Shown: positions 10,757 through 21,699 of the stretch, piece by piece | Layout: every line of letters starts with the position of its first letter | Numbering within the stretch: position 1 is the stretch's first letter | NCBI GenBank assembly: GCA_963663965.2 | Contig: CAXXFK010000020.1 | Location: 290,392 to 354,391, forward strand | From: Sedimentisphaerales bacterium | Lineage (GTDB): Bacteria; Planctomycetota; Phycisphaerae; Sedimentisphaerales; SM23-30 | Direction: 5' to 3' | Length of the DNA: 64,000 nt | Notes under the pieces: model-generated | Told to the model about the DNA's origin: nothing | Seen by the model: the letters and a program-made list of their open reading frames with translations, nothing else | The model's database searches: none | Translations under genes and position numbers: made by a program

Positions 10757-11342
10757 GCGGCGAGAGCCTTTCCGTTGATAAGAATTATTGCCGGGAATCT
10801 GTAGCGGTCAGACCCGGGAACAGAACCAGGTAATGTAGTCAAAAGGGTTATTATATATAAGGATAGCCACAAATACAACTATTGGGGCAGATTTAAGACT
10901 GAATATTACAAATGGCTTTGTTTAGATCAGGCCTGATTCGCTTCCATTATGAGGCGCCTGAATATCTGACCCAATCCAATCATCCGGTCCAATCCTCCAA
11001 ATGGAAATATTGGCAGATATTTCAGCATTCATAACTAATTTTAAAATATAATGTTACAATTAAAATCGTCAGATTTGGGTTCGTTTGGTCTTGAGTAGGG
11101 TTTTATTGTGCCATCTGGGCTGTCCATATTGGGCCGATTCAACACCCTTTTTCAGGAAATCAGGAAAATAGATACTTGAATTTCAGACTGAAGTTTACAA
11201 TAATGGAAATAAAAGAGCGAGTTTATCGTTGACAAAAAAGATGAAATTTCTGAAAATAGATCGTCTATTGGACAGTTAATTTAATGAAGCCCGGGTTAAG
11301 TGTCCGGGGGGACTTTGGTCATTTTTTGAGGTTTTGCGGAAA

Positions 11343-12881
11343 ATGGTTAGCCTTCTGGCTGCGACTTTAGTTTTCAGCCCGCTGAGACTGGGCGGATGCG
11401 TTTTATGGTTTTATTTGTGCCTGTATTGCATTGAGTATTCTCAGCATTATCCCTGGATGGCACAAAAGAACCGGCGCTTTACCCATCTTCTCATGCTGAT
11501 TGCAGGACCGCTGGTCATATTCACGCTCTATGTTACCTATGCCGCCAGGCAGACAGCGGCAATGAATGGTAATCTGTTCGATTTTTTTGAGATCTTAACA
11601 GGTCGTGTTAAAAAAATCGTCACGATCAAGGACAATACCGAATATCCAATCAAATTACTGGACATGCATGGGCGGGGAATGGCCAGTGTCCTGGCAGCCG
11701 ATTCCCAGGATCGTCAGATCGGTAATGTGTTAAAGACTACGGAAAACCTGGTGCGCCATGCCCTGCTGGATAATGCCAGTGATATTCTGGTCACACCAAC
11801 CAATGACGGTTATCATGTCCGGCTTCGGATCGATGGGATGATGTCGCCGCTGGATGAGTTGGAATATAATGACGGCCTGGCGGTGGTCAGCAGTATCAAG
11901 GCCATTTCCGGCCTGGATATCGCCGAGAAACGCCGGCCCCAGGATGGCATGTTTTCGGCCCTGACTCCGGATGGCAATGTTTCATTTCGCGTGAACAGCA
12001 CTGGAGTACTCAACGGCGAAAAGGTCTCCATTCGCGTGTTGAGCAGCATGTGCCGGCTGGGAAAAATTGAAAACCTGGGCATCAGCGCTGAAGAACAGAA
12101 AATCATCCGTTCCACGCTCCAGCGCCAGAACGGTATGATCCTGGTCTGCGGACCAACCGGCAGCGGCAAGAGCACAACCATTCACGCCATGCTGCGTACG
12201 ATCGACTGTCAGCTACGCAATGTCATTACGATAGAAGATCCGATCGAATATGTTTTACCCGACGCCAGCCAGATCGAAATCAATCCCAAAGCCGATATTA
12301 CCTTTGCCTCGGCCTTGCGCAGTGTCATGCGTCAGGATCCCGATGTCATCTCCATTGGAGAAATCCGGGACCAGGAAACGGCCGCCATTGCGCTACAGGC
12401 GTCACAAACCGGTCATCTGGTACTGGCCACCCTGCATAGTAACAGTAATTTGTCGACCGTTGTGCGACTGCTCGACTTTGGCATCAAACCCTTGCTGCTG
12501 GCCAGTTCGCTGGATATCGTCATTTCGCAACGGCTTTTGCGCCAGCTATGCCCGGATTGCAAGGCCCCGGCCAAGCTTTCCCGTAACAAAGCCTCCACGC
12601 TATCCGCGCGCGGTATCGATCCAACCGTGGTCATGGGTCCGGTGGGCTGTCCCAAATGCAACCAAAGCGGTTATCGGGGTCGAACGGGAATTTTTGACCT
12701 GCTGGTCATCGATAATGAAATGAAAAACCTGCTCTCTCTGGAAAGTTTTACCAGGGAATCGCTGATGGATAAATACAGCCACGACCATCGAAACCGATTG
12801 CAGAAAAGGGCCATCCGGCTGTTGCTGAATCAACAAACCTCGCTGGATGAAATAAAACGGATCATTACAAATGTGGGATGA
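11343..12881 (+). CDS. GspE/PulE/PilB-family secretion ATPase with an N-terminal membrane region
   Basis: ASDI, RLRIDG, DIAEKRRPQDG, Walker A GPTGSGKSTT, TIEDPIE, RQDPDVI.IGEIRD, TGHLVLATLH and a CxxC..CxxC motif. Confidence 0.9.
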   Translation: MVSLLAATLVFSPLRLGGCVLWFYLCLYCIEYSQHYPWMAQKNRRFTHLLMLIAGPLVIFTLYVTYAARQTAAMNGNLFDFFEILTGRVKKIVTIKDNTEYPIKLLDMHGRGMASVLAADSQDRQIGNVLKTTENLVRHALLDNASDILVTPTNDGYHVRLRIDGMMSPLDELEYNDGLAVVSSIKAISGLDIAEKRRPQDGMFSALTPDGNVSFRVNSTGVLNGEKVSIRVLSSMCRLGKIENLGISAEEQKIIRSTLQRQNGMILVCGPTGSGKSTTIHAMLRTIDCQLRNVITIEDPIEYVLPDASQIEINPKADITFASALRSVMRQDPDVISIGEIRDQETAAIALQASQTGHLVLATLHSNSNLSTVVRLLDFGIKPLLLASSLDIVISQRLLRQLCPDCKAPAKLSRNKASTLSARGIDPTVVMGPVGCPKCNQSGYRGRTGIFDLLVIDNEMKNLLSLESFTRESLMDKYSHDHRNRLQKRAIRLLLNQQTSLDEIKRIITNVG

Positions 12882-13519
12882 CACACGAAACCTCTGGCCT
12901 AGGACTGAATCCTATACAGGACCATAACATGCTATTTACGATTACGCTGATTATCGGGGGCTTATGCGCCTGGCGGCTGTCAAACCAGGGCTTTATCGCT
13001 TTATGGGCGCATTTTTTCAACTCCCTGGTCTCGATTTACCTGGGCATTATGAGTTATCCAACCGTTCGTAACTTTTTCCCGGAATCCGTACAAACACCCT
13101 GGCTGCAATTCATCGGCACCCTTGGGGTGGCGGCGCTGGTATTTATCATTACTCATCAATTAGTCAATTTATATCTGGCCGGCGCGTTCCGGCTGGAAAC
13201 ACCCGCAATCGTGGAAAAATTCGGCACACCCATTCTGGGTTTTCTGGTCGGTTATACCCTCAGCGGTTTTGTATTATTTACGACCGGGTCATTGCCTATC
13301 GTTCGCTATGGCCTGGCGGACACCAGCACGGTCAATTTTTCCGAAAGTCGCCAGAATGTCCTGTTTACCTGCAATCTCGTCAGCCACCTGTCCCGACAGC
13401 ATATCGACGGCCCGGAAAACAACCTGAGGATTATCAACGCACTAAGCGAAGGGGTCTATTTCCTGCCAACCAATAAAAAGGCACCCTCCACCGTAAATAC
13501 AATCCCGACTAATCAATAA
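12878..13519 (+). CDS. Multi-pass membrane protein, CvpA-like
   Basis: About four hydrophobic segments in a CvpA-like pattern; ATGA overlap with the ATPase stop codon. Confidence 0.55.
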   Translation: MTHETSGLGLNPIQDHNMLFTITLIIGGLCAWRLSNQGFIALWAHFFNSLVSIYLGIMSYPTVRNFFPESVQTPWLQFIGTLGVAALVFIITHQLVNLYLAGAFRLETPAIVEKFGTPILGFLVGYTLSGFVLFTTGSLPIVRYGLADTSTVNFSESRQNVLFTCNLVSHLSRQHIDGPENNLRIINALSEGVYFLPTNKKAPSTVNTIPTNQ

Positions 13520-13613
13520 TCACTCGGGATCAGATAACCGTTCGGACGATCTTTGCGATTAAGGGTGTCCAGAATATACCCATCGGTTATGGAAAGGGCC
13601 GGGCGCAGTCGAC

Positions 13614-13877
13614 TCACTCCAATACCCTCACCCGCTCCTGAATATAAAGCAATTTAATCCGCTTTTTGATGTAATCTTTCTCCATGAACGCCTGTCGATA
13701 CTGAATCTCCTGTTCATAGGATCGCTCCCGGCCGGGCTGTTGATGGCGGGCGATATGGTTTTGGATAGTCGCATCGCTAAACAAACCAAGCCGGGCTTTA
13801 CAGGCGTCGCAGATCGGGTACCCAAACAGTTCGGTCCCGGGCTGGCCGCATTGGAAACAGGGGTCTGATGTGCTCAT
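13614..13877 (-). CDS. Small protein with a CxxC-x12-CxxC putative zinc finger
   Basis: CFQC...CDAC; overlaps the kinase stop codon by 4 bp, suggesting translational coupling. Confidence 0.65.
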   Translation of the reverse strand: MSTSDPCFQCGQPGTELFGYPICDACKARLGLFSDATIQNHIARHQQPGRERSYEQEIQYRQAFMEKDYIKKRIKLLYIQERVRVLE

Positions 13878-16123
13878 AGAATATCCTCTTTAACTGACTG
13901 AGCTTTTTGTGATCTGAAGTGAATAGGCTCCGTCACAGTCTCCCGACCCGTTAAATGAACCGGGTTCTGAATATAACTTGCCAGAATTTTTTTCAGAGCC
14001 TCTTGCTCAATGGGTTTGGAAAGAAAGTCATTGAATCCGGCCTTCAGACACCGGTCCCGGTCCTGGGGCATGGCGCCGGCCGTAATGGCAACAACGGGCG
14101 CGGTAACGCCTTTTTCCCGGAGTTGTTCCAGCGCTTCATAACCATTCATATCCGGCATTTGGATATCCATAAAAACAAGATCATACCGGTTCGCCAGACA
14201 TTCCTGGACCGCAAGAGAGCCATTTGGGGTAATAGCAACGTTGATCCCCATTTTCTCCAATACTTTTCTCAGGTAGATTTGATTAACCGGATCATCTTCC
14301 GCCACCAGAATTCTGGCGGCATCATTCAGCCGCTTGCCATCCCTGATGTCATCCGGCCGGAGGGTTAAACCGGATTGGTAGTCGCGGGGCGATTGAACCA
14401 GATCCACTCCTGCAGGTATGACCAGGGAAAACACCGAGCCCCGGCCCACTTCACTAGTCAGACTCAAGCCCCCTCCCAACAATTCGGCCAGCCGCCGGGT
14501 AATGGTCAGGCCCAGGCCCGTTCCGCCATATTTTCGGGTGGTGGTCCCATCGGCCTGAACAAACGGATGAAAAACCGCTTCCTGCTTTTCCGGCGATATG
14601 CCAATGCCGGTATCCTCTACATCGAAGCGAATCCAGGGCGTATTATGTCTTTTTTCCACAGAGACCCTGACATAAACATGCCCCCGTTCGGTAAATTTAA
14701 TGGCGTTACTGACCAGGTTGATCATACACTGATTTAATCGCGTGGGATCGGTTCGTATCTGTATCGGTAAATCCCCGGCCTTGATCACCTGAAAATCCAA
14801 TCCTTTTTCTTCCGCCTCGGGCCTCATCATGGATTCGATCGAATGGATAATTTCATCCAGCGTGCAATCCATCATCTCAATATCGATTTTACCCGCCTCA
14901 ATTTTGGATATGTCCAGTATGTCATTGATGAGCCGAAGCAGATTCCGGCCGGAAAATTTGATAATATCAACATATTCCTTTTGTTCCGGCGTCAGGTTCT
15001 CTTCGGATAAGATATCGGAAAATCCAATAATCCCATTCATGGGCGTGCGAATTTCGTGACTCATATTGGCCAGAAACTGGCTTTTAGCGGCATTCGCCGT
15101 TTTCTCCTGTTTCTCGGTCAATATCTTTTTACGCAGCAGGTAACAAAATATCGCCAGAATGAAGCCGGTTACATGAATCATGATTACGCCGATATAATCC
15201 ATAATACTATTGGCGGTCGGATAAGCGGTTATTTGACTTTGATCTGTCGGCGCCGTCACCAGATACCACTGCACCGCATCCAGGATGTCCAGTTTGACCA
15301 TCGAGTGGGGATATCCATTGAACTCCGGCCGCCCCGTAATATCGGCCACAATATTTCCTGCTTTCCAATCTTTAATCTGCGTTTCAAGCCATGTCACTAC
15401 ATTCGCATTCGCCACTCTACAGGAAAATAAATCGCCCCGTTCATTGAGCAAGGCCGCGGTATCGCCGAAATCGCCACTTTCAAGTACATTGGCCAGCTTT
15501 TTGACAGGAATCATCACCGACACGATACCGGCGAATTCTCTGTCGTGATATACCGGTACGGAATAGAGAATTCCAAGCTCATTCTTACCAGGTGTAATGG
15601 GGGAACTGATCTGGACCTTCAAGGTGGGATCATCGGCGAACTTACTGATATGCTCAATCAGCGTCTCATAGTCTTCCTGCTCGCTTTCCAGATCGTACAC
15701 ATTCTCTGCGACGGGGTTCGGTTCCCCATACTCATAAGCAATCAAGGGGGGAGCGGTCCCATCAAAATTCCGTTTAACAATATAGATCTTCGTTAATCCG
15801 TGTTGACCATATTGCTCTTCATAGATGGCGCCGACGAACAATTCTGCCGTCTGGCTCATTGCTTTGACATCTTCGTGCAAACTGACAAACCCGGGAAACG
15901 ATCCAATGTTATCAAAATAATCTTCGATCCGCTCCTTCAGATTAATCTCTTTTAAAACCCCTACCTGGTGAATCTGGTCTTTCAGCTGCTGATGCTGCAT
16001 CGTACTGCTCAATCCAAAATGGGCGGCACAGACCACCGAGATGATGATCACTCCCCATGAAACCACCGGTAAAAAATGAATCGCAATGTTTTCTCTTCGG
16101 TTCATCTCTAAGCGATCGATCAT
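13874..16123 (-). CDS. Hybrid sensor histidine kinase / response regulator
   Basis: Two TM segments around an extracytoplasmic Cache-like domain; [38 protein letters not shown]-terminal receiver (VAEDD, MDIQMP, SKP). Confidence 0.93.
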   Translation of the reverse strand: MIDRLEMNRRENIAIHFLPVVSWGVIIISVVCAAHFGLSSTMQHQQLKDQIHQVGVLKEINLKERIEDYFDNIGSFPGFVSLHEDVKAMSQTAELFVGAIYEEQYGQHGLTKIYIVKRNFDGTAPPLIAYEYGEPNPVAENVYDLESEQEDYETLIEHISKFADDPTLKVQISSPITPGKNELGILYSVPVYHDREFAGIVSVMIPVKKLANVLESGDFGDTAALLNERGDLFSCRVANANVVTWLETQIKDWKAGNIVADITGRPEFNGYPHSMVKLDILDAVQWYLVTAPTDQSQITAYPTANSIMDYIGVIMIHVTGFILAIFCYLLRKKILTEKQEKTANAAKSQFLANMSHEIRTPMNGIIGFSDILSEENLTPEQKEYVDIIKFSGRNLLRLINDILDISKIEAGKIDIEMMDCTLDEIIHSIESMMRPEAEEKGLDFQVIKAGDLPIQIRTDPTRLNQCMINLVSNAIKFTERGHVYVRVSVEKRHNTPWIRFDVEDTGIGISPEKQEAVFHPFVQADGTTTRKYGGTGLGLTITRRLAELLGGGLSLTSEVGRGSVFSLVIPAGVDLVQSPRDYQSGLTLRPDDIRDGKRLNDAARILVAEDDPVNQIYLRKVLEKMGINVAITPNGSLAVQECLANRYDLVFMDIQMPDMNGYEALEQLREKGVTAPVVAITAGAMPQDRDRCLKAGFNDFLSKPIEQEALKKILASYIQNPVHLTGRETVTEPIHFRSQKAQSVKEDIL

Positions 16124-16647
16124 TCCAGAATTTCCAATAATGACATTTTTGACTCAATTTTTCGCCTGACGCATGAATACAGCCGAACTGAGATAATTTA
16201 TTTTATCCAGCATCAATTTGTCCGTCAATTGGATTGCAATTAACTATTCATAAAGCCGTTTAATCGGTATAAACTGTTTCAATCTTCAAGCCGTCCGGGA
16301 ATTACCGGCCGGTTTAGATTGGTACCGCTGACCAGAAATCGACACCATCATGGCTTTATACCCAATGGGTATGAAAATTCCTGATCGCTCGAAAGATAAA
16401 TTTTTACTCGTATAGAACTGATATCACGGCCCAGCGGGCATCTTCAATTGTAAGCTGTATGATCCAAATGCTCTAAGATCTGTTATAATCATAACATAAG
16501 GCCGTTAAAGCAAAGACTGGCAACCTGGTTGCTCAGATCTTTTTAATTGATTCAATGAAACAATGAGTTAGTATGGATATTTTATGAACGATGGCATTCA
16601 ATCTTGCCCATTTTAACCTTTACCCGTTTAAACCTGAGGAAACCAAT

Positions 16648-17529
16648 ATGGAAAATTCCAACCAAACCCTGTCAAGAAGAGCCTTTATGGGCGGTGTCGC
16701 CGCGGTGGCGGCGTCGACTGCCATGCCGAAAATCGCCCTGGCGGCCGAGGTTGCCAAGCCCAACTCAAAATTCAACGGTGTCCAGATCGGCGCCATCACC
16801 TACAGTTACCGCTCCCTGCCCGGTTCGGCCGAAGATATTCTCAAATACGTCACCCAATGCGGCATCAGTTCCATCGAATTAATGGACGGCCCGGCCGTGC
16901 AATACGCCAAGGCCCATGCCAGCGGATCCGATCCCATGAGTGGTTTCAAGGCCCTACGCCAGTTTTATAACGACGCCGGCGTTAATATCCACATTATCAA
17001 GTTCGGCAATATCGGCGATAAGAACATGAGCGATGAGCAGATCGATTATTGCTTCAACGTGGCCAAGACCCTGGGCGCCCAAGGCATTACCCGTGAATTA
17101 TCCGAAGAGGCCGCCAAAAAACTGGGCCCCATCGCCGACAAACACAAAATCTGGATCGGCTTCCACAATCATACCCAGCTTAAACCCGATACCTACGATG
17201 GCCCCATTCTGTCCTACGGCAAATACCTCGGCATCAATCTGGATATCGGCCACTTCGTCGCCGGTACCAACTGTTCGCCGATCCCCCTGATCGAAAAGTA
17301 TAAGGACAGAATCCTCAGCCTGCATATCAAGGACCGCAAAGTCAATAACGGGCCCAATATGCCCCTGGGCCAGGGCGATACCCCGGTCGCGCTCGTCCTT
17401 CAGTACATGAAGCGGAACAAACTGACCTTCCCGGCCGATATCGAGCTGGAATATAACGTCCCTAAAGATTCCGACGCGATCAAAGAAGTCACCAATTGCG
17501 TGCAGTTCTGCAAAGATTCGCTGAAATAA
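16648..17529 (+). CDS. Tat-exported sugar phosphate isomerase/epimerase (xylose-isomerase-like TIM barrel)
   Basis: Twin-arginine signal SRRAFM; GFHNH, NLDIGH, LHIKD and IELEY. Confidence 0.85.
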   Translation: MENSNQTLSRRAFMGGVAAVAASTAMPKIALAAEVAKPNSKFNGVQIGAITYSYRSLPGSAEDILKYVTQCGISSIELMDGPAVQYAKAHASGSDPMSGFKALRQFYNDAGVNIHIIKFGNIGDKNMSDEQIDYCFNVAKTLGAQGITRELSEEAAKKLGPIADKHKIWIGFHNHTQLKPDTYDGPILSYGKYLGINLDIGHFVAGTNCSPIPLIEKYKDRILSLHIKDRKVNNGPNMPLGQGDTPVALVLQYMKRNKLTFPADIELEYNVPKDSDAIKEVTNCVQFCKDSLK

Positions 17530-17546
17530 ACATTAAATTGACCATT

Positions 17547-17587
17547 AAAAAAATCAGGCCGGTTATGCTTCCCCGCCTGATTTTTTT
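17547..17587 (+). terminator. Intrinsic terminator
   Basis: AAAAAAATCAGGC...GCCTGATTTTTTT. Confidence 0.8.
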
Positions 17588-18638
17588 GTGTAACTATCTA
17601 TTAATAATGAAGTTAATTAAGTTCGGCTAATCTACCACATTAACCACATAGAATATATTGTTAATGTTTTTTAATTCATAAAACATAAAATATCCATAAT
17701 ATTCTTTGAGATGACACAGTCAACTCTGAGAATCTTTGAAATTCAGAAAATTCAATTGGTGTTTCGAAGAAAATATGGTATAAAATTAGATGGAATTTCA
17801 CATTTAAATATTCTGGGTAAATGACTTTGCTTTTAGCATAGGGAATACCCGGTATCAGTCGATTTTAGCAAGGAACGCGTGGTGGCGTTTCTGCAAAAAA
17901 GGTATGACAGAATTTTATAATCTGTTGCGTACGAACAGCAACCTGTAAAGTGTATTTTTTACACTGGACCAATCAAAGGAGTTGATTATGCGGAGACTTT
18001 GACGGTCTTGAAGGTTATTGCGAGATAGAGATATTGCTTATCTAATATATCCCAATCAATTTTGAATATACCGTTTGGGGTCAGACAGTTCAACCAGGTT
18101 CCATCGTTATCCTTTAGGTGGGTATGTATAGTATCAGGAGACATGATCACTTTCCCTGCTTTCAGGAAGCAGCTGCTTGCATGGCAGGATCAGTGGAATA
18201 TCAGTCGCAAGCAATAATCAATATCGATATAACCGGCAAAGGCTAACATTAAATCACCCTGCTGGAGAAGGTGGAAGAGTGAAATAAGTGAACGGCTGAC
18301 GCGGTGGATAAAGCGCCCGCGTATTATCATTGTGAATAAAACGACAATAGTATTTCAGCCGGCAAACGGAGCCAGAAAATGAACAATACCCCTTATAAAA
18401 ATGATATGAATAATGGATCGGAATTGAATCAGGATAATTTAACTTTTGTTACTATTTTTTTCCAGTGGGATATTTTGAAAGGAATTTCACTCAAATTTCG
18501 CCATAATTAAATTACAGGTAACAAATCAAAAGGAACTGTCTTTTCACTATAAAGGAGAATGCTACTCATGAAGTAACTATGGTGTCGCGTCTTGTGTGTT
18601 CTAACCGTAAACTTTACTTATTTCAGGGATTTCAGACG

Positions 18639-21626
18639 ATGAAGAAAATATTAACCAAATTCGCAGCAATTGTGATCTGTATCTTGATAACCACAACGGT
18701 ATCAGCAGACCTGATCGGTTATTGGAATTTCGATAACGCCAATGCCATCGATTTGTCTGATAATGGCAACGACGGCGTATTAGTCGGCCCCGGGGTGTAT
18801 TCCTCCGATCAGCCGGCCGGCTGGTCAGGCAAATCGCTGGATCTTACCCCGGGCGGCACATATGTCGCGATCCCCAACGAGTCGGATTATGACGGGGCGA
18901 TGTCGGCGGCGTTCTGGCTGAAAATAAACGCTTTTTCGGGCGAATGGAATGGCATACTCACCAAGGGCGACAACGCCTGGCGCATCCATCGCAGTGGTAC
19001 TAGTGATTATGTTAATTTCACCATCACGAGCGATGAGAGTGAGGTCAACAACAATAGTATCGACAGCACCACCGTCATGACCGGCAATGTATGGCACCAT
19101 GTGGCGGCCACTTTCGACGGAGTAACGATGCGATTGTATATCGACGGCGTACTGGAAGCCTCCCGCGCCTATACCGGAAATCCGGTTACGAGTGATGAGG
19201 CGGTTTATATCGGCAACAATTCGACGCAAGGCGATCGTTACCTGCCCGGTTTAATCGATGAAGTCCGCATCTATGACAACACCCTGTCCCAGAATGATAT
19301 CATCCTGTTAATGACCGATGGCGAGATTGGCAGGGATCCGGTCAATCCTGCCGACGGTGCAGAAGACGTGGCAGTCGATACCGACGTCATGCTGGAATGG
19401 GTCGGCAGCCACGATCCCAATATCGTCAACTACACCATCTATCTCAGTGAGGTGGCGGATGATCTGAACGATCCCAATATCTCGAAATTAGCAGACACCA
19501 CCGATACGACCTATCCCTTCAGCACCCTGAGCGACAAAACGTATTACTGGCGCGTGGACGCGGTCCGCAATGACGGCCTGGCTTACACGGGTCGGGTCTG
19601 GTCCTTCTCGACGGAACTGACCCTGCCGCAGATATCGCTACAACCGAAGAATACCGTCGCCCTGGTTGACACTGACGCGGTCTTTACCGTAATCGCAACC
19701 AATCCTCTGCCCGGCGACCTGAGCTATCAATGGTATCAGAGCTTTGACGGCAGTTCAACCCTCATGGACGGCGAGGTTACGAATGAGCTGACCATTGCCG
19801 TGGCCGAAGACAGCGACCAGAAGATGTATTTCTGCGAAATCAGTAATGAGGCGCCCCTGAGCCCCGTATACACCAACATTGTCAAGCTATCCGTGGGCAA
19901 ACTGATCGGTCACTGGCCGCTGGATGGCGACCCGAACGATATCAGTGGTTTTGATAACCACGGCACCATTTTTGGCGATCCGGTTTTTGTCGAAGAGGAT
20001 GTTCCGGGTGTTCTAATGCCTGTTACTAAAGTTCTGGAATTTGACGGCGACGGCGATATTATCCAGATCGCCAACGAGCCGTTCTTCCGGGAGACTTATA
20101 ATACGCTGGAAGCGTTAACCGTTTCCTGCTGGGTCAAAGATGATGGCTCCGAATCATGGAGAGCTTTTGTCTCGAAAAACGGCGAAGATGGCGGCTGGCA
20201 GTTAAGACGCTATGACGGCAATAACGCCATCGGCTGGACGACCCGTGACACAGACCCCGAAGATCTGGATAATTACTATAACAGCGATATGACGGGTCTC
20301 AAACCTTATCAGGATGGGGCATGGCATTTAGTCACCGCCACCTATGACGGTTCGACCAAGGTGATCTATCTGGACGGTCTGGTGGATACCATCCTCACCG
20401 ACCAGATCGGCCCCATTCGCTACAACGAAGACCCATTGGCGATCGGCGGGCGGTATCGGCCTCAGGCTGACGGATATACCAAAAGCCGGCTCTCGGATGT
20501 GCGTCTCTATAACTACGCCATCACCGCCGATGATGCCCTGCAGCTCTATCTCGAAGCGGTCGGCAATGCCATTCTGTTGCTTTCCGAACCGGCTAATCAG
20601 GTGATTGACGCCGGACAGACCGCCACCTTCGAGGTGGTCACGGGTGGTGTTCCGGTCTCTTCTTATCAGTGGTATCAATATGTGGACGGCGAATACGATA
20701 TCGCGCTGGAAGATATCGAAGGCGCGATATCTGGAGCCAACGGTCCGGTCCTGGAAATACTGAATGCGGATGACAGCGTTGATCAGAACCAATATTACTG
20801 CTTCATGGAAGCCGTTGATTTCGGTCTCCAGAAGAAGACCCGCGTCGCCAGACTGATCATCAAACATCTGCTGGGGCATTGGCTGCTCAACGGCAACGGC
20901 AACGACAGCTCCGGCTATGACAAGCACGCCCAGGAAATCCGCACGGTGGATTACACCTACGATGTTCCGGGCAACGCCACCGGCATGTCCCTGATGGCGC
21001 GGGGCCAGAACGAGAGCCTGCTGATCGTCGATGACAACACCGACCATTTCGTACCGACCTATAACGCCCTGACCGTTTCGGCCTGGGTGAAAAATCGCGG
21101 CACCTGGGGCTGGCATGCCTATGTCTCCAAAGGTGGCGAAGGCGCTGAAGGCTGGCAGTTGCGTCAGAACGGCGCGGACCAATACCCCGACTGGACCCTG
21201 CGGAACAACGGCGGCAACGATATGCGCGCTCCTGACGGCGCCGAAAATGTCACCAAGGATGCACAATGGCACCTGCTGACCGGCACCTTTGACGGGTTGA
21301 CAACCCGATTGTATATCGACGGCACCGAACGCGTCAGTAGAGAGGTCAGCGGCCCGATCGGCCCATCGCCCAGTCGAGTCACCATTGGCGGCCGGGATAA
21401 CGACTGGGGCAGCGGCGCCCGGGCTTATATCCATGACGTACGCGTCTACAATTACGCCCTTGATCCTGCCGATATTTTGGCGATGTACACCACGGTCATG
21501 ATCGATTGCGAGAATCCTCCGGCCGGCGACACCAACCATGACTGCGCCGTCGACCTGCTCGACTTTGCCAATGTCAGTCGTTCCTGGCTGGAATGTTCGC
21601 TACCGGACAGTCAGTTGTGTCCCTGA
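18639..21626 (+). CDS. Secreted protein: 3 LamG-like jellyroll domains, Ig-like domains, C-terminal dockerin-like motif
   Basis: Signal peptide then ADLIGYWNF. Repeated WHH/LVxxTFDG..LYIDG and DEVRIY/DVRLYNYA motifs; YQWY..YYC Ig motifs; GDTNHDCAVDLLDF tail. Confidence 0.85.
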   Translation: MKKILTKFAAIVICILITTTVSADLIGYWNFDNANAIDLSDNGNDGVLVGPGVYSSDQPAGWSGKSLDLTPGGTYVAIPNESDYDGAMSAAFWLKINAFSGEWNGILTKGDNAWRIHRSGTSDYVNFTITSDESEVNNNSIDSTTVMTGNVWHHVAATFDGVTMRLYIDGVLEASRAYTGNPVTSDEAVYIGNNSTQGDRYLPGLIDEVRIYDNTLSQNDIILLMTDGEIGRDPVNPADGAEDVAVDTDVMLEWVGSHDPNIVNYTIYLSEVADDLNDPNISKLADTTDTTYPFSTLSDKTYYWRVDAVRNDGLAYTGRVWSFSTELTLPQISLQPKNTVALVDTDAVFTVIATNPLPGDLSYQWYQSFDGSSTLMDGEVTNELTIAVAEDSDQKMYFCEISNEAPLSPVYTNIVKLSVGKLIGHWPLDGDPNDISGFDNHGTIFGDPVFVEEDVPGVLMPVTKVLEFDGDGDIIQIANEPFFRETYNTLEALTVSCWVKDDGSESWRAFVSKNGEDGGWQLRRYDGNNAIGWTTRDTDPEDLDNYYNSDMTGLKPYQDGAWHLVTATYDGSTKVIYLDGLVDTILTDQIGPIRYNEDPLAIGGRYRPQADGYTKSRLSDVRLYNYAITADDALQLYLEAVGNAILLLSEPANQVIDAGQTATFEVVTGGVPVSSYQWYQYVDGEYDIALEDIEGAISGANGPVLEILNADDSVDQNQYYCFMEAVDFGLQKKTRVARLIIKHLLGHWLLNGNGNDSSGYDKHAQEIRTVDYTYDVPGNATGMSLMARGQNESLLIVDDNTDHFVPTYNALTVSAWVKNRGTWGWHAYVSKGGEGAEGWQLRQNGADQYPDWTLRNNGGNDMRAPDGAENVTKDAQWHLLTGTFDGLTTRLYIDGTERVSREVSGPIGPSPSRVTIGGRDNDWGSGARAYIHDVRVYNYALDPADILAMYTTVMIDCENPPAGDTNHDCAVDLLDFANVSRSWLECSLPDSQLCP

Positions 21627-21699
21627 TCATGGATATCATCAACGATATGCATACTATTGAACAAGGAATTAAATTAATAAAATTGAAAGGGCTTCAATT

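Noticed and set aside
18230..18380. GGCAAA motifs suggesting a c-di-GMP-I riboswitch
   Set aside because: The GAAA-tetraloop P2 helix and second conserved motif could not be built.
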